Source: Scyliorhinus canicula (Eukaryota). Taken from it: a stretch of 64,000 nucleotides of DNA. The stretch lies in the NCBI RefSeq assembly GCF_902713615.1, contig NC_052151.1:132355455-132419454 (forward strand), written 5' to 3'. Within the stretch, counting starts at the first letter, position 1, and each line of letters begins with the position of its first letter. The notes beneath the pieces were generated by a model that searched no databases, was not told where the DNA came from, and saw only the letters and a program-made list of their open reading frames with translations. Of this stretch, positions 12,331 through 25,996 are shown piece by piece. The translations under genes were made by a program, and so were the position numbers.

Positions 12331-13049
12331 AGGAGTTGCCAGGTGATGTGAACATGAAAGAAATCCCAAACTTCCAATCCCTTTATGGGACTTCACTCCA
12401 GATTGTGTGTCCCGTCTAACTCTCTTAGCCATTAACTCAAGTTGAGGGGAGGTGTGTGGAAAATAGTCAGCTAACCAAACATGATTGGGAGAAAGAGAAT
12501 TGGACAGAAAAGCTATGTAACATGAACAAAAAGTTAAACATTTCAACTGAGAAAAAAAGTGTTAACCACAATGAGGAAGAAAACTGATCATAACTCAGTC
12601 ATATTTAAATATGTCTGCATTAACTGTTAACAAGATATGCAATTTAAAATGCTTATATTGAAAAAGACATGCCATACTTAAGGGTGTAATATTGTACCAT
12701 TAGTCACTGTGAGGAGTCAGAGGTTTACAGCATGAAAACAGGCCTTTCAGTCCAACTTGTCAATGCCGACCAGTTTTTAAAACCACTAAGCTAGTCCCAA
12801 TTGCCCGCATTTGGCCCATATCCCTCCATACGCGTAACTATCTAAATGCTTTTTAAAAGACAAAACGATACAGCTCATTCCAGACAGACTCGTGTGAAAA
12901 TATTGCCCTCCCTCTTCACCTTAAACCCTCTAGTTTTAGACTCCCCTAACTTTCAGGAAAAGATGTTGACTATCTCCCTCATCTATGCCCCTCGTTATTT
13001 TATAGCCCTCTATAAGAGTTATTTTCTTCAGTGAATATTACAGATTAAT

Positions 13050-13260
13050 AATAATAATCTTTTTATTGTCACAAGTAGGCTCACATTAATACTGCAATGA
13101 AGTTACAGTGAAAAGTCTCTAGTTGCCACATTCCAGCACCTGTTTGGGTACACAGAGGGAGAATTCAAAATTCTCAGCTGGTACGGGAATTGAACCCGCG
13201 CTGCTGGCCTTGTTCTGCATCACAAAGCAGCTGTCTAGCCCACTGAGCTAAACCAGCCCC
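13050..13260 (-). mobile_element. tRNA-derived SINE, second head type (ggggctggtttagc)
   Basis: A/B boxes on the minus strand and tail ...gcctacttgtgacaataaa. Similar copies at 26682-26870, 39350-39530 and 57358-57535. Confidence 0.8.
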
Positions 13261-13536
13261 TCAGAACAGTACATTTATACAATGAGACACTTGACCTATG
13301 CAGTCTATAAATTGATTGTTTGGTGATTTACACAGGTCATTCTTTTTAAAATGTGTTTTAATAGAAGTGTTTCTGCAGATATCTTTCTATATTTATGTTT
13401 GTGATTCTAGCTTTTTATTTGTTCTACAATTAAATATAGCAATTATGATGAATTTTAAACACAACCATCTTTTACTCAAATTGTCATACATGTTCAAACT
13501 GCAAATCTTGCTATGGTTTTGCTTCTACTGCCTTAC

Positions 13537-13632
13537 CTTAACAGTTATAATAATGGTGAAAGAAAGTAGAACTATCAGTAGAAGGCAGCTGGAGTCCAAA
13601 GCAAGAAGGTCATCCTTGTAAGGGAAGTCAGG
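13537..13632 (-). CDS. LAPTM4A: LAPTM4A exon 5: [32 protein letters not shown]
   Basis: tttttacag acceptor, AAG|gtaagg donor, 96 nt. Confidence 0.97.
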
Positions 13633-14257
13633 CTGTAAAAAGAATACAACATTTATGTTGTGCATTTGAAATATTAACCAGTTTATATTTGTTGCACATC
13701 ACAAAAACAAAAAAATGATCTCAAAATATGCATATAATAAATAATATAGCTTGAATATCTATCCGTTTATGTTAATCAGCAAATAATTGGCACATTAAGT
13801 TCAACATATAAATATCTGAAGTAGTAGTTTTTGTTGAAGTCACTTATTACTTGGAAGAAGCAGTCTAGATGGGGTACAGGAACAAAAACGGATCTTGACA
13901 TGCAAATACATCGTTCATTAAAAGTTGCACCGTGGGTTAGAAGGACCATATAAAAAGCCACCCAGGCGCGATATTGATAGAGAGATAAAATTGAAAAGCA
14001 TGGAAGTTATTGTAAACTCATACTGTACCACCATTAGACTGTCGGCAGCTTTGGTCACCATATTCTGAAATGAGGCACTGGACAGATGCAGAGATGGTTG
14101 ACAAGGATGATGCCAAAAATATGCGGGTGTGTATCAGGAAATAATTGATGGGGTGAGTCACTCTTGTAAAAAAAAAAAGGCCACGCACCGAACAGAGGTA
14201 TTTAAAATAATGAAAAGTTTTCAGAGACAATGTTTCCTCTTGTGGGGAAGAGCATAA

Positions 14258-14548
14258 GGGCAGCACGGTAGCATTGTGGATAGCACAATTGCTTCACAGC
14301 TCCAGGGTCCCAAGTTCGATTTCGACTTGGGTCACTGTCTGTGTGGAGTCTGCACATCCTCCCCGTGTGCGCGTGGGTTTCCTCCGGGTACTCCGGTTTC
14401 CTCCCACAATCCAAAGATGTGCAGGTTGGGTGGATTGGCCATGAAAAATTGCCCTTAGTGTCCAAAATTCTATGATTAAACTAGGACAAAAGTTCGGCAC
14501 AACATTGTGGGCCGAAGGGCCTGTTCTGTGCTGTATTTCTCTATCTAT
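14258..14548 (+). mobile_element. HE1-type SINE within an old CR1 fragment
   Basis: gggcagcacggtagc head, conserved core and CR1-like tail. Confidence 0.85.
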
Positions 14549-14646
14549 AACTATAGACCATCAATAAGATAGTCACCAAAAAATCCAATGGGAACTTAGA
14601 AAGAAACTTTACCCAAAGAATGGTAACAATATGGAACTTGCTACCA

Positions 14647-14965
14647 GGGCAGCACAGTGGTTAGCACTGCTGCCTCACAGCTCCAGGGTCCTGGGTTCAA
14701 TTGCAGCCTCGGGTGACTGTCTGTGTGGAGTTCTTCTAGTGCCTGCATGGGTCCCGTCCCACCCCCCGTTCTCCAGTTTGCTCCCACCGTCTAAAGACGT
14801 GCAGGTTAGGTGGATTGGCCATACTAAATTGTCCCTGGTGTCCAAAATGTATGGTCGGGTTACGGGGATAGGGCGGAGGGCTGGACTTAAGTGAGGTGCT
14901 CTTTCCAAGGGCGGTGAAGACTCTATAGGCTGAATGGCCTCCTTCTGCACTGTAAATTCTATGAA
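14647..14965 (+). mobile_element. HE1-type SINE
   Basis: Head, core and tail ...ctgcactgtaaattctatga. Confidence 0.8.
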
Positions 14966-15009
14966 ATCGCTGCAGGAGCTTTTCAGGATAGCGTCCCAGA
15001 ACCAACTAT

Positions 15010-15840
15010 AAGACCATAAGAAATAGGAACAGGAGAAGGCCATTCAGCCCCTCAAGCCTGCTCTGCCATTCAATAGGATAATGGCTGCTCTGACATGCCT
15101 CACCTCACGCTCGCTTTCCTGTCCTTTCCTCGTAACCCTTCATTCTCTTCCTTACTGATCAAGAATCTATCTCAGCCTTAAATATACACAGCGACTCTGT
15201 TCCCACAGCTGTCTGTGGCAAGGAGTTCCAGAGACTCAATCGCAGAAGAAATTCCTCCTCATCTCAGTCTTAAATTGGTACAACCATTCTGAGACAGTGC
15301 CCTCTGGTCCTAGACACTCACATGAGGGGAAACATCCTCTCAGCATTTGTCCTGTCAAGTCCCGTAAGAATCCAAAATGTTTCAATGAGATCACCTCTCA
15401 ATCTTTTAAATTTCAATGAGTAGAGTCCCAAGATGCTTAACCTTTGCTCATAAGCCACCCCTCCAAACCGGGGATCATCCTAGGGAACCTTCTTTTAATC
15501 ACCTCCAATGAAATAATATCTTTCCTTAAATAAGTGGACCAAAACTGTTCACAGTACTCCAGATGTGGTTTCACCAGTACCTTGGACAATTGCAGCAAGA
15601 CTTCCCTACTCCAGTCCCCTTGAAATCGGCGCCAACATTCCATTAGCCTTCCTGATTCCCTGCTATACCCATGTGCTGGCTGTGTGTTTCGTACACGAGT
15701 AAATCCAAGTCTCTTGTGTTGGCAGCTTAATGCAGTTTTTCTCCATTTAAATGTTCTTTTGTTCTCCATTCCAAAATTAACTTCACATTAAACTCCATTT
15801 GCCAACATTTGCCCAATTGCTTAACCTATCAATATCCCTC
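15010..15840 (-). mobile_element. CR1 LINE 3' fragment
   Basis: Minus ORF contains KVLVKPHLEYCEQFWS, and a CR1 3' tail is present at ~15015. Confidence 0.8.
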
Positions 15841-15869
15841 TCGTAACTTGCCTTTCTACCACTGACTTT

Positions 15870-16260
15870 CATGTCGTCTACAGATTTGGGGGTGGGGGCT
15901 GCTGACAAGGTTGGTGTGGTGCAGTTGGAAGGAGATCGGTGACGGGCCTGGAGGGTCGCGTGACCCTGTCTGGCTCAAAATGGGGTATGACTGATCAACA
16001 TGGAAAAGGGGCAGTGAACCCCTGATCAGGCTGTTCACTTGGAACGCGAGGGGTTGAACGGGCCAGTCAAACGGCTGCATGTCTTTGCGCACCCGAGGAG
16101 TCTGAAGGCACACGTGACCTTTTTTGCATGAATTGCACCTGAAGATAGGGGTCCGACAAGGTTGAGGAATGGATGGGTGGGCTGGATGTGAAGATGAGGT
16201 GGGGTGGTGGCGCTGGTTAATAACCAGGTAGTGTTCGAGGTGTGGAGTATTGTAGCCGAT

Positions 16261-16310
<50 letters not shown>

Positions 16311-17284
16311 GGAGGAGGAAGAAGAAAAGAGAGATAGAGATATGTGATGATGAGTGGAAAGTTGGAGGGAATGCCAGTGGTTCCGGTAAATGTCTATGGT
16401 GCGAATTGGGGCGATGCAGATTTTATGGAGGATGCCTCAGTGTAGGCACCAATCTGCGACAACCATAGGCAAGGCTGGATGCAAGGTTTCATGGGTGGCA
16501 GCAGGCAGGGATTGAGCGATTTAATGTTCGGTTTTTAGGGGGAAAATTTCCGAAGTTGGAGGACCTGGAGGAACAGTACGAGTTGCCCAGGTGCGAGGCT
16601 TTGCAAGGAGAGAGATGCCGTCCTTTCCTGGGTTTGCAAGACGAGGTGCTGTCGAGGGACGAAATAGAGAGGGGAATGTGCCCGATATCTACAAAGAGGG
16701 TGAATGAGTCCTCGTCCTGTGTGAGGCTAAACCTCATCCAGTTCAAAGTGATACATAGGGCGCTTTATACGGTGGCAAGGATGAGTAGAGGACAGGTGTG
16801 GGGGGAGGCCCACAAATCATGTCCACATGTTCTGGGCATGTCCACGTTTAAGGGGATTCGCAAATGTGATGTCCGAGGTGCTGTGTGTGGAAGTGGTCCC
16901 GAATCCAGAGATGGCAATATTGTGGGTGTCGGATGACTCGGGAGTCCAGAGGGTGAGAGAGGCCGATGTTTTGGCCTTTGCCTCCTGCTAGCCCGGAGAC
17001 GGATTTTGCTCAGGTGGCAGGACTCAGTCGCCAAAAGCAGGGGTGTGGGTGAGCGACCTGGCGGAATTCCTGAGGCGGGAGAAGGTTAAGTTTGTCTTGT
17101 CGGGGGCGGTGGATGGGTTCACCCAAAGGTGGAAGCCATTTATTGATTTGAGGTTTGAAGGGTCAGCGGGACTGAGAAATGGGTGGGGAAGAAAGAGTGG
17201 TGCTGGTTGTTTTTCCGAGATGTTTGGTTGTTCTGCTGCTTCTGTTTGTTTATATGAAAATGCCTTGAATAAAAATGTTTTTTA
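15870..17284 (+). mobile_element. Internally deleted L1/Tx1 fragment (endonuclease start joined to C-terminus); includes poly-G 16263-16309
   Basis: RLFTWNARG endonuclease start, CVRLNLIQFKVIHRA, EKVKF...RWKPF C-terminus, AATAAA at ~17268. Confidence 0.75.
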
Positions 17285-17392
17285 AATTGCCCCATAATGT
17301 CCTAAAGGTTACAGGGATTGGGTGAGGGGCTGGCATCAGGTAGGGTGCTCTTTCAGATGGTCGCTGCACTCAATGTACCAAATGGCCTCCTT

Positions 17393-20300
17393 ATGCCATG
17401 AGCTAGTACGAGTAGGAATGTCAGGATAGATAGGATGAATGCGTGGCTCGAGAGATGGGAGGGATTCAAATTCCTGGGGCATTGGGACCGGTTCTGGGGG
17501 AGGTGGGACCAGTACAAACCGGACGGTCTGCATTTGGGCAGGACTGGAACCGATGTCCTGGGGGGGGGGGTGTTTTCTAGAGCTGTTGGGGAGGGTTTAA
17601 ACTAATGTGGCAGGGGGATGGGAACCAATGCTGGAAGTTGGAAGGTAGTAAAACAGGGACAGAAACAAAAGGAAGTAAGGGGAAAAGTGCAAGGCAGAGA
17701 AGACATAGTCAGAAATCCATAAGGGCGACAGTACAAGGTACAGTGACTGAGGGGAGCACAGTGAATAGGCCCAGTAATAACAAAAGGAATAAAACTGGAG
17801 ATGTTAAGATTCAAAACAGAGGTAAAAAAACCAACATAAGTGTACTTTACCTGAATGCTCGTAGTATTCGGAATAAAGTAAATGAGTTGGTGGCACAAAT
17901 CATCGTAAATGACTATGATTTAGTGGCCATTACTGAAACATGGTTAAAGGATGGTCACGACTGGGAGTTAAATATCCGAGGGTATCAAACTATTCGGAAG
18001 GACAGAGTGGATGGTAAGGGAGGTGGTGTTGCTCTGTTATTTAAGGATGACATCCGGGCAATAGTAAGGGATGACATCGGTGCTATGGAGGATAAGGTTG
18101 AATCCATTTGGGTGGAAATCAGGAATAGTAAGGCGAAAAAGTCACTGATAGGAGTAGTCTATCGGCCACCAAATAGTAACGAGATGGTGGGGCAGGCAAT
18201 AAACAAAGAAATAACTGATGCATGTAGAAATGGTACAGCAGTTATCATGGGGGATTTTAATCTACATGTCGATTGGTTTAACCAGGTCGGTCAAGGCAAC
18301 CGTGAGGAGGAGTTTATAGAATGTATCCGCGATAGTTTCCTAGAACAGTATGTAATGGAACCTACGAGGGAACAAGCGGTCCTAGATCTTGTCCTGTGTA
18401 ATGAGACAGGATTGATTCATGATCTCATAGTTAGGGATCCTCTCGGAAGGAGCGATCACAATATGGTGGAATTTAAAATACAGATGGAGGGTGAGAAAGT
18501 AAAATCAAATAGTAGTGTTTTGTGTTTAAACAAAGGAGATTACAAGGGGATGAGAGAAGAACTAGCTAAGGTAGACTGGGAGCTAAGACTTTATGGTGGA
18601 ACAGTTGAGGAACAGTGGAGAACCTTCCAAGCGATTTTTCACAGTGCTCAGCAAATGTTTATACCAACAAAAAGGAAGGACGGAAGAAAGAGGGAAAATC
18701 GACCGTGGATATCTAAGGAAATAAGGGAGAGTATCAAATTGAAGGAAAAATCATATAAAGTGGCAAAGATTGCTGGGAGATTAGAGGACTGGGAAATCTT
18801 TAGGGGGCAACAGAAAGCTACTAAAAAAGCTATAAAGAAGAGTAAGATAGAGTATTAGAGTAAACTTGCTCAGAATATAAAAACAGACAGTAAAAGTTTT
18901 TACAAATATATAAGACAAAAAAGAGTGGCTAAGGTAAATATTGGTCCTTTAGAGGATGAGAAGGGAGTTTTAATAATGGGAAATGAGGAAATGGCTGAGG
19001 AACTGAACAGGTTTTTTGGGTCGGTCTTCACAGTGGAAGACACAAATAACATGCCAGCGACTGATAGAAATGAGGCTATGACAGGTGAGGACCTTGAGAG
19101 GATTGTTATCACTAAGGAGGGAGTGATGGGCAAGCTAATGGAGCTAAAGGTAGACAAGTCTCCTGGCCCTGATGGAATGCATCCCAGAGTGCTAAAAGAG
19201 ATGGCTAGGGAAATTGCAGATGCACTAGTGATAATTTACCGAAATTCACTAGACTCTGGGGTGGTCCCGGTGGATTGGAAATTACCAAACGTGACGCCAC
19301 TGTTTAAAAAAGGAGGTAGGCAGAAAGCAGGAAATTATAGGCCATTGAGTTTAACTTCGGTAATAGGGAAGATGCTGGAATCTATCATCAAGGAAGAAAT
19401 TGCGAGGCATCTGGATAGAAATTGTCCCATTGGGCAGACGCAGCATGGGTTCGTAAAAGGCAGGTCGTGCCTAACTAATTTAGTGGAATTTTTTGAGGAC
19501 ATTACCAGTGCAGTAGATAACGGGGAGCCGATGGATGTGGTATATCTGGATTTCCAGAAAGCCTTTGACAAGGTGCCACACAAAAGGTTGCTGCATAAGA
19601 TAAAGATGCATGGCATTAAGGGTAAAGTAGTAGCATGGATAGAGGATTGGTTAATTAATAGAAAGCAAAGAGTTGGGATAAATGGGTGTTTCTCTGGTTG
19701 GCAATCAGTAGCTAGTGGTGTCCCTCAGGGATCCGTGTTGGGCCCACAATTGTTCACAATTTACATTGATGATTTGGAGTTGGGGACCAAGGGCAATGTG
19801 TCCAAGTTTGCAGATGACACTAAGATGAGTGGTAAAGCGAAAAGTGCAGAGGATACTGGAAGTCTGCAGAGGGATTTGGATAGGTTAAGTGAATGGGCTC
19901 GGGTCTGGCAGATGGAATACAATGTTGACAAATGTGAGGTTATCCATTTTGGTAGGAATAACAGCAAACGGGATTATTATTTAAACGATAAAATATTAAA
20001 GCATGCCGCTGTTCAGAGAGACTTGGGTTGTGCTAGTGCATGAGTCACAGAAGATTGGTTTACAAGTGCAACAGGTGATTAAGAAGGCAAATGGAATTTT
20101 GTCCTTCATTGCTAGAGGGATGGAGTTTAAGACTAGGGAGGTTATGTTGCAATTGTATAAGGTGTTAGTGCGGCCACACCTGGAGTATTGTGTTCAGTTT
20201 TGGTCTCCTTACTTGAGAAAGGACGTACTGGCGCTGGAGGGTGTGCAGAGGAGATTCACTAGGTTAATCCCAGAGCTGAAGAGGTTGGATTATGAGGAGA

Positions 20301-20740
20301 GGTTGAGTAGACTGGGACTGTACTCGCTGGAATTTAGAAGAATGAGGGGGGATCTTATAGAAACATTTAAAATTATGAAGGGAATAGATAGGATAGATGC
20401 GGGCAGGTTGTTTCCACTGGCGGGTGACAGCAGAACTAGGGGACATAGCCTCAAAATAAGGGGAAGTAGATTTAGAACTGAGTTTAGGAGGAACTTCTTC
20501 ACCCAAAGGGTTGTGAATCTATGGAATTCCTTGCCCAGTGAAGCAGTTGAGGCTCCTTCATTACATGTTTTTAAGGTAAAGATAGATAGTTTTTTGAAGA
20601 ATAAAGGGATTAAGGGTTATGGTGTTCGGGCCGGAAAGTGGAGCTGAGTCCACAAAAGATCAGCCATGATCTAATTGAATGGCGGAGCAGGCTCGAGGGG
20701 CCAGATGGCCTACTCCTGCTCCTAGTTCTTATGTTCTTAT
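17393..20740 (+). mobile_element. Young 5'-truncated CR1 LINE: ORF1 esterase tail plus nearly intact ORF2 (endonuclease and RT)
   Basis: ORF1 remnant KPDGLHL ends in TAA at 17603-17605. ORF2 pieces 17605-18858, 18925-20043 and 20003-20647 contain YLNARS, TETWL, GDFN, SDH, YLDFQKAFD, GVPQGSVLGP and FADD, broken by one TAG and one frameshift. The tail is ...ttcttatgttcttat. Confidence 0.95.
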
Positions 20741-20799
20741 ACACGATGAGGAGAAATCAAGTCAGTTGGGGTGGGGGGTGCGAGCGCAATCTCAAAAGG

Positions 20800-21145
20800 A
20801 ACTTATAAATTTCTAATAGAACTTGCAGGAGGGTGTTTCCAATGATTGGGGTGTCCAGAACCAGGGGGTCACAGTCTGAGGATACGAGGTAAGCCATTTA
20901 GGACTGAGACGAGAAGAAATGGCCTGTGGAATTTGCGACCACAAAAAGCAATTGAGGCCAAAAAACTGTATATATGTTTTCAAGAAGGAGTTGGATATAG
21001 CACTTTGGGCGAAGGGGATCAAAGGATATGGGGGGGAAAGGCAGGATCAGGCTATCGAGTTGGATGATCGGCCAATGATCGCAATGAATGGTGGAGCAGG
21101 CTCCAAGGGCTGAATGGCCGCCTCCTGCTCCTATTTTCTATGTTT
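20800..21145 (+). mobile_element. CR1 3' fragment
   Basis: GHSLRIRGKPFRTE and CR1 tail ...cctcctgctcctattttctatg. Confidence 0.75.
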
Positions 21146-21289
21146 ACATTTAGAGATACAGTTCCACCATGATAAACTTATAAACCAAAGATCATACACT
21201 TCACTTAACACCTGTTTTTATGCTGTATGTCAAGTTGAATACAAACAATTCAATTGTTGAAATAATTTACATTTGTATTCTGTCTACAT

Positions 21290-21575
21290 CCAGGTGACGT
21301 TTTGAAGTGTAAGCAAACATGAAAACGATGTCCATTGCAAGATCCAGCAAAAACTGGGATAATAAACTACTCTATTTTGGGGGTTGCTGACTAGGTCACC
21401 AAGGAGAACACTACAGTTCTGTAGATCACATCATTGGACCATTTATTTCAATCTGAAATTGTTTGACATTTTATGCAAAAGACAGCACCACCAACAATGG
21501 AGCATTTCCACAGAATGCAATGAAGTACCATCCTAAGATAAGTGCACAAGGCTGAGGAAATGGTACTTGTAATTC
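21290..21575 (-). mobile_element. Ancient Deu-domain SINE-like remnant (a second, plus-strand remnant lies at ~23170-23330)
   Basis: Degenerate similarity, from memory, to DeuSINE/AmnSINE cores (aaagacagcaccaccaacaatggagca; ggtcatcattacattgctattgtggga). Confidence 0.45.
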
Positions 21576-21729
21576 AGTTGCTCCACATATTTGTCCTTAT
21601 AAATTCAAAACTGAAGACAACAGGTAAACACAGGATTATTTGAAAAATGTCAGGGGTTAGGATTATTAGCACTAAGATCTACCCCCAAGATCCAATTGTT
21701 ACAAAATATGACTTTTAACTAAAACTTAC

Positions 21730-21852
21730 CAGCTGGTCCAGATAGTCCTTGATTCTGGGGACATAGGTGAGAGAGCTGATAGCAACAAGGCAAGAAAGGG
21801 CAAAATTAAACAACAGGTAGCAGAAGAATGGAATCAGCCATCCTCCACGATG
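21730..21852 (-). CDS. LAPTM4A: LAPTM4A exon 4: [41 protein letters not shown]
   Basis: ttatccag acceptor, CTG|gtaagt donor, 123 nt. Confidence 0.97.
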
Positions 21853-21961
21853 CTGGATAAAAGGAAAAAAACAAATAATAACAATTAGAAAAAGTTGCAT
21901 ACTTAGCAATTATAAGCAAAGAACAAATAAACCTTTCAGGCAAAGTAATGAAAGTACTTAC

Positions 21962-22038
21962 AGTAACAGCACCATACACCAACATGGCACTGATAGTAAA
22001 CATCAAAAGTGAGATGGTAAAGCCAACACAAGCATTCT
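21962..22038 (-). CDS. LAPTM4A: LAPTM4A exon 3: (E)NACVGFTISLLMFTISAMLVYGAVT
   Basis: ctgtatag acceptor, ACT|gtaagt donor, 77 nt, phase 1-0. Confidence 0.96.
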
Positions 22039-22645
22039 CTATACAGAGGGAAAGGGGAGGGGAAAAAAAGAAATTTATAAAATAATATTAATGACAGGGA
22101 GTTTAGTCAATGGGTTAAGTATATCTGGTCAGCAGCAGAGATTTTGAAAAATCTATAGGTTTATCATTCAAACCTCAAATATTGAGTCTTCATTAGAACG
22201 CTAGAGTCCTAATCTAAAAACCACAGATACAGCTGCTAAGTGGCTTTAACAATTTAAAACATATTAAGGCTAGGTTGTGGATTTCTTCCAGAAAATGATC
22301 AAAAGCACTTCATAATTAAGGAAAATATATAATTCAGGTTTCCTCCTAAGAAAAATAAACTATTTATGCACATTTATCTTAAGCTTTGGATAACATTTCC
22401 ATATGAACAGCACACGGGTGTATTAGTTACCTACATTTACAAGTTGCTTCTCCAGAACTAAGTATTGTATTGTGCAAAATTTTAGTTTTCTGCTTAATAA
22501 GTTACATCTCAACAAAAGAAGGAATAAGCAAAGGAGAACGCAGAGCGCACAAGTACTTCTTTGTATACAGGACAGAAGTTAATTCAAGGCATTCCCAATA
22601 CTAACAACACAGAGGAATATCTACATCCATTATCAATGCTGTCAA

Positions 22646-22859
22646 GAGTACCCAATTCTTTTTTTTCCCCCAATTAAGGGCAATTTAGCATGGCCAATCC
22701 ACCAGCCTGCACATCGTTTGGGTTATGGGACTGGGACCCACGCAAACATAGGGAGAATGTTCACACTCCACATGGACAGTGACCCGGGTCCAAGATCAAA
22801 CCCGGGTCCTCAGTGCCGTGAGGCTGCAGTGCTAACCATTGCGCCACAGTGCTACCCCT
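22646..22859 (-). mobile_element. Short-tail HE1-related SINE
   Basis: SINE head and core on the minus strand, flanked by the imperfect repeat aatg(c/t)tgtcaa. Confidence 0.8.
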
Positions 22860-23526
22860 AATGTTGTCAATTGTTCAATATCTCCATAGTGCTCCAATGT
22901 GCACCTTCCAAAATTAACAGTTATACAATCGGATTAGGGATTATACCTCCAGCTGGTTTGGATTTTGTTCCAATCCAAGTTACGCAAGAAAGTTGAGCTA
23001 GCTTCACTGTATGGCCAAGATCAGGTAAAGTGTGCCACATTATCATTAAATATTTACAGGAATAAACCATAAATATAGAAAATGCTGGACAAACTCAGCA
23101 GTTCTGGCAGCATCAGTGGAGAAACAGAGTTAATGTTTCTAGTTCATATGATTCCACACAGGAATGAACCAACTGATTCTGCTGCTGTCCCATCAGGTGG
23201 ATAAATTTCACAACATTTGTGCACTATTCAGGGAAGTGCTGTCTGGTGATCCAGGGCAATCCTTTTACCATCATCACCAAAAAAGATCATCAGGTCATCA
23301 TTACATTGCTATTGTGGGACCTTGTGTATCTCATGGTACTGGACTAACATTTGATTCACCATTAATGTTATACATCTTCAGAAGAAACAATCGCAGCTTT
23401 TCAGCATATAAATTTATAACACAAGGAACTATTTCTGAAAAAGGTGCCATTGCAATGTGCACTATGAGAGATAAGAAGCTGCTCACGAACGGAATAAAAG
23501 CCATGCATATAAAATACTTTGCTTAC

Positions 23527-23647
23527 CTGTTACTCTGTCTGAGGAATAGTAGTTTCCAATAACTTCGTATTGTATGTCCAGTGGAGGTACTGTTTCAGGG
23601 TGAGTTATTGCCACAGTCAATAAAATGCCCATCAGTAAATTCACCAC
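23527..23647 (-). CDS. LAPTM4A: LAPTM4A exon 2: [40 protein letters not shown](E)
   Basis: ttgagcag acceptor, ACAG|gtaagc donor, 121 nt, phase 0-1. Confidence 0.97.
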
Positions 23648-25296
23648 CTGCTCAACAAAGATTTATACACAATAACTAAAATACTGGACTTCAGAACATC
23701 AATTTGATACCTTTATCATACACACATTATAAAGTAGAAAAGAACTAACACAAAGCAAGTTCTGTCAATATATTTGGCATTGCCTACATCTCTTGTAAAG
23801 CCATTCTATGACATTAACAAGATAATAAGCAGTTAAAATTTAAAATTGATGTACTTTTCTTAATTAAAGTTAGTAAGGAATATGGGGCAACAGCTGGTAT
23901 ATGAAGTTGTATTATGGCTGATCCACAATCTAATGAATGGTGGAAACAGCTCAAGGGCTTAGTGAGTCTGCAAAGCAACACTGTATTAATTAGGATGAAT
24001 CACAAGGTGCAGTCTGCAGAATTCCCAAATTCTAGTATGTCTTTAGGCTTTTTAAAAAGCCTAAATTGATGAGTGTCATCAATATGACACTCGCTTTTGT
24101 AAAGCAAGCCAAGTTTGCCTATAGGTCTTGGTACTGAAGAGACCACCTATATTTCACAGAAACAAGAAAGTCTATAGATGCTTCTAGTTGCACGGAAAAT
24201 GTTTTGTAGATTATGGAGCCCATCATGACTTATTTGTACTCCATAGCAGCATTTTGATTGCCTTCCTCCGACTAATGGGTAGAGATGTTCCCATACATTC
24301 CTGGACCACTGCATTAAGAATAGCTTTCTAAATATGGTTTTCAATCTACTGCCAAGGCCCTAGTAGATGCCCATCAAAAGTTATGACGTAATACATTTCC
24401 AAATGCATTAGTGATGATGTAGGTATGAGGAAATGCAGCGTGTAGAGCTCCAGCTAGTGGTATAAGTCTAAAGTTACAGGCAATGGTGATGCCCAAATAT
24501 GGAGTGCATAACATACAAAGCAAAATGGCAGGTATGTATACATTTATGCCAGTGGCCTACTATCCAGATTTAAATCGAATATTTTGTCTACGCCAGCAAA
24601 ATTGTTAAGTAATAAACTAAGGTTTTGATGGTTAATTCAAATCAAAGTTGATACAAAGGGATGCGCTCAATATTCAAAAGACCTTTTGTGCAACACTTTC
24701 AATTTAATGCAAAATAAGGCCGTAATAATTGAGGGATTTGTTTTGGGTCCATTGTTACAAATTTGAGACCGCAGGTATGGAATTAAATCTGAAGCTTCTA
24801 TAAGGATCAAGAGCTGCAGAAACTATAAATGGTGTCTGTTTTTAAAATCATCAATCCTGATAATGCGAGTGCATGATTGATTCTTTTGCCCAATTATAAC
24901 ACACCTAACTTTCTGCTTTTCTGAATGGATCTGCATAACACTAATAATAGCCCCTCTCTGTGCTGTCTTTTGGAGGTGATGATAGAACATAGGCTATCTA
25001 CACATCTTTCAGTATTTAGGAGTAATACCAAGAGAAGTCAAGGGTGTAGGTTTTGGTTATACAAGGCCCTCCGTTACTGGAAGCCAGACAAGCATACATA
25101 GGGAAACAAAGGTACTAGCAAACAAAGTTCAATTAAAGACTTGGATTTATATAGTGATTTTCACAACCACAATGTCTCAAACTACTTTACAGCCAATGAT
25201 AGACTTCTAAATTGCATTCACTGTTGTAATGCAGAAAACATAGCCAGCTCCCAAAATGATCAGATGTTGGTGCAAGGTATGTTTCGGTGACATTTC

Positions 25297-25996
25297 TGAA
25301 TGTAGGAATTTCAAGTATATTGTATTTCGTGTAGCAATGGTTAAAAAGGTTTATTATGTGCATGACTGCTGCAGTAGAGTTTTTCTAAATCCTAGCTTGA
25401 AAGGCAACTATGTTTTTGGGTGTCAGAGGTGCAATTAAAGCATCGTAAACGCTTGGGCTAATGGTTTTTATTTGTATTAAAGGGGGTTCCATGTGGAGCA
25501 TTTAATTAGAGGCCTTTGTGTTAATTTAGTAAGATGATGTAACTAATGGGAGGTGCTAGAGCATCGGGCATTTTAGAAAAGCAGAGAGAGTTAGTTGGCC
25601 GGAAAGTCAAACCTTACAGTTTCTGAAGACTTCAGCTAGAGATCACGCATTGTTCAGGTCTAGCTCTTAAAAGTCTCTAAGAACACCTCTGAAGCAGGTA
25701 TGCTTGGATCTGCTAACTGTATTTAAAAAGTGTATGCGCCAAGATTGCGTTGTAGTATTTTGAGTGGGAATAAAAGATAGCTGTTAAGTTTATTGTGTCA
25801 TTTTCTTGCGTGATATTAAAGATATTTTAATACTGCATTAAGAATAAAGTTTGATTTAATATACCATATCCTTATTTTGCACAAAATCACTCCTGGAGTG
25901 AAGTATCCTTTTCTCAGTCTTACAAAATTCAAATAAAATATTGGGGTTTCTGACTAGTATCCTAGTCACTGTTGGGGTCTGGTTTGGAATTGTACA
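25297..25996 (+). mobile_element. Probable old solo LTR related to 8951-10386
   Basis: Shares aataaagtttg and a similar 3' end (tagtcactgttg...tgtaca). No clear TSD. Confidence 0.45.

Noticed and set aside
16263-16309. Long poly-G run (also poly-C at 51511-51550)
   Set aside because: Homopolymers inside transposon remnants; lengths are unreliable and there is no evidence of function.
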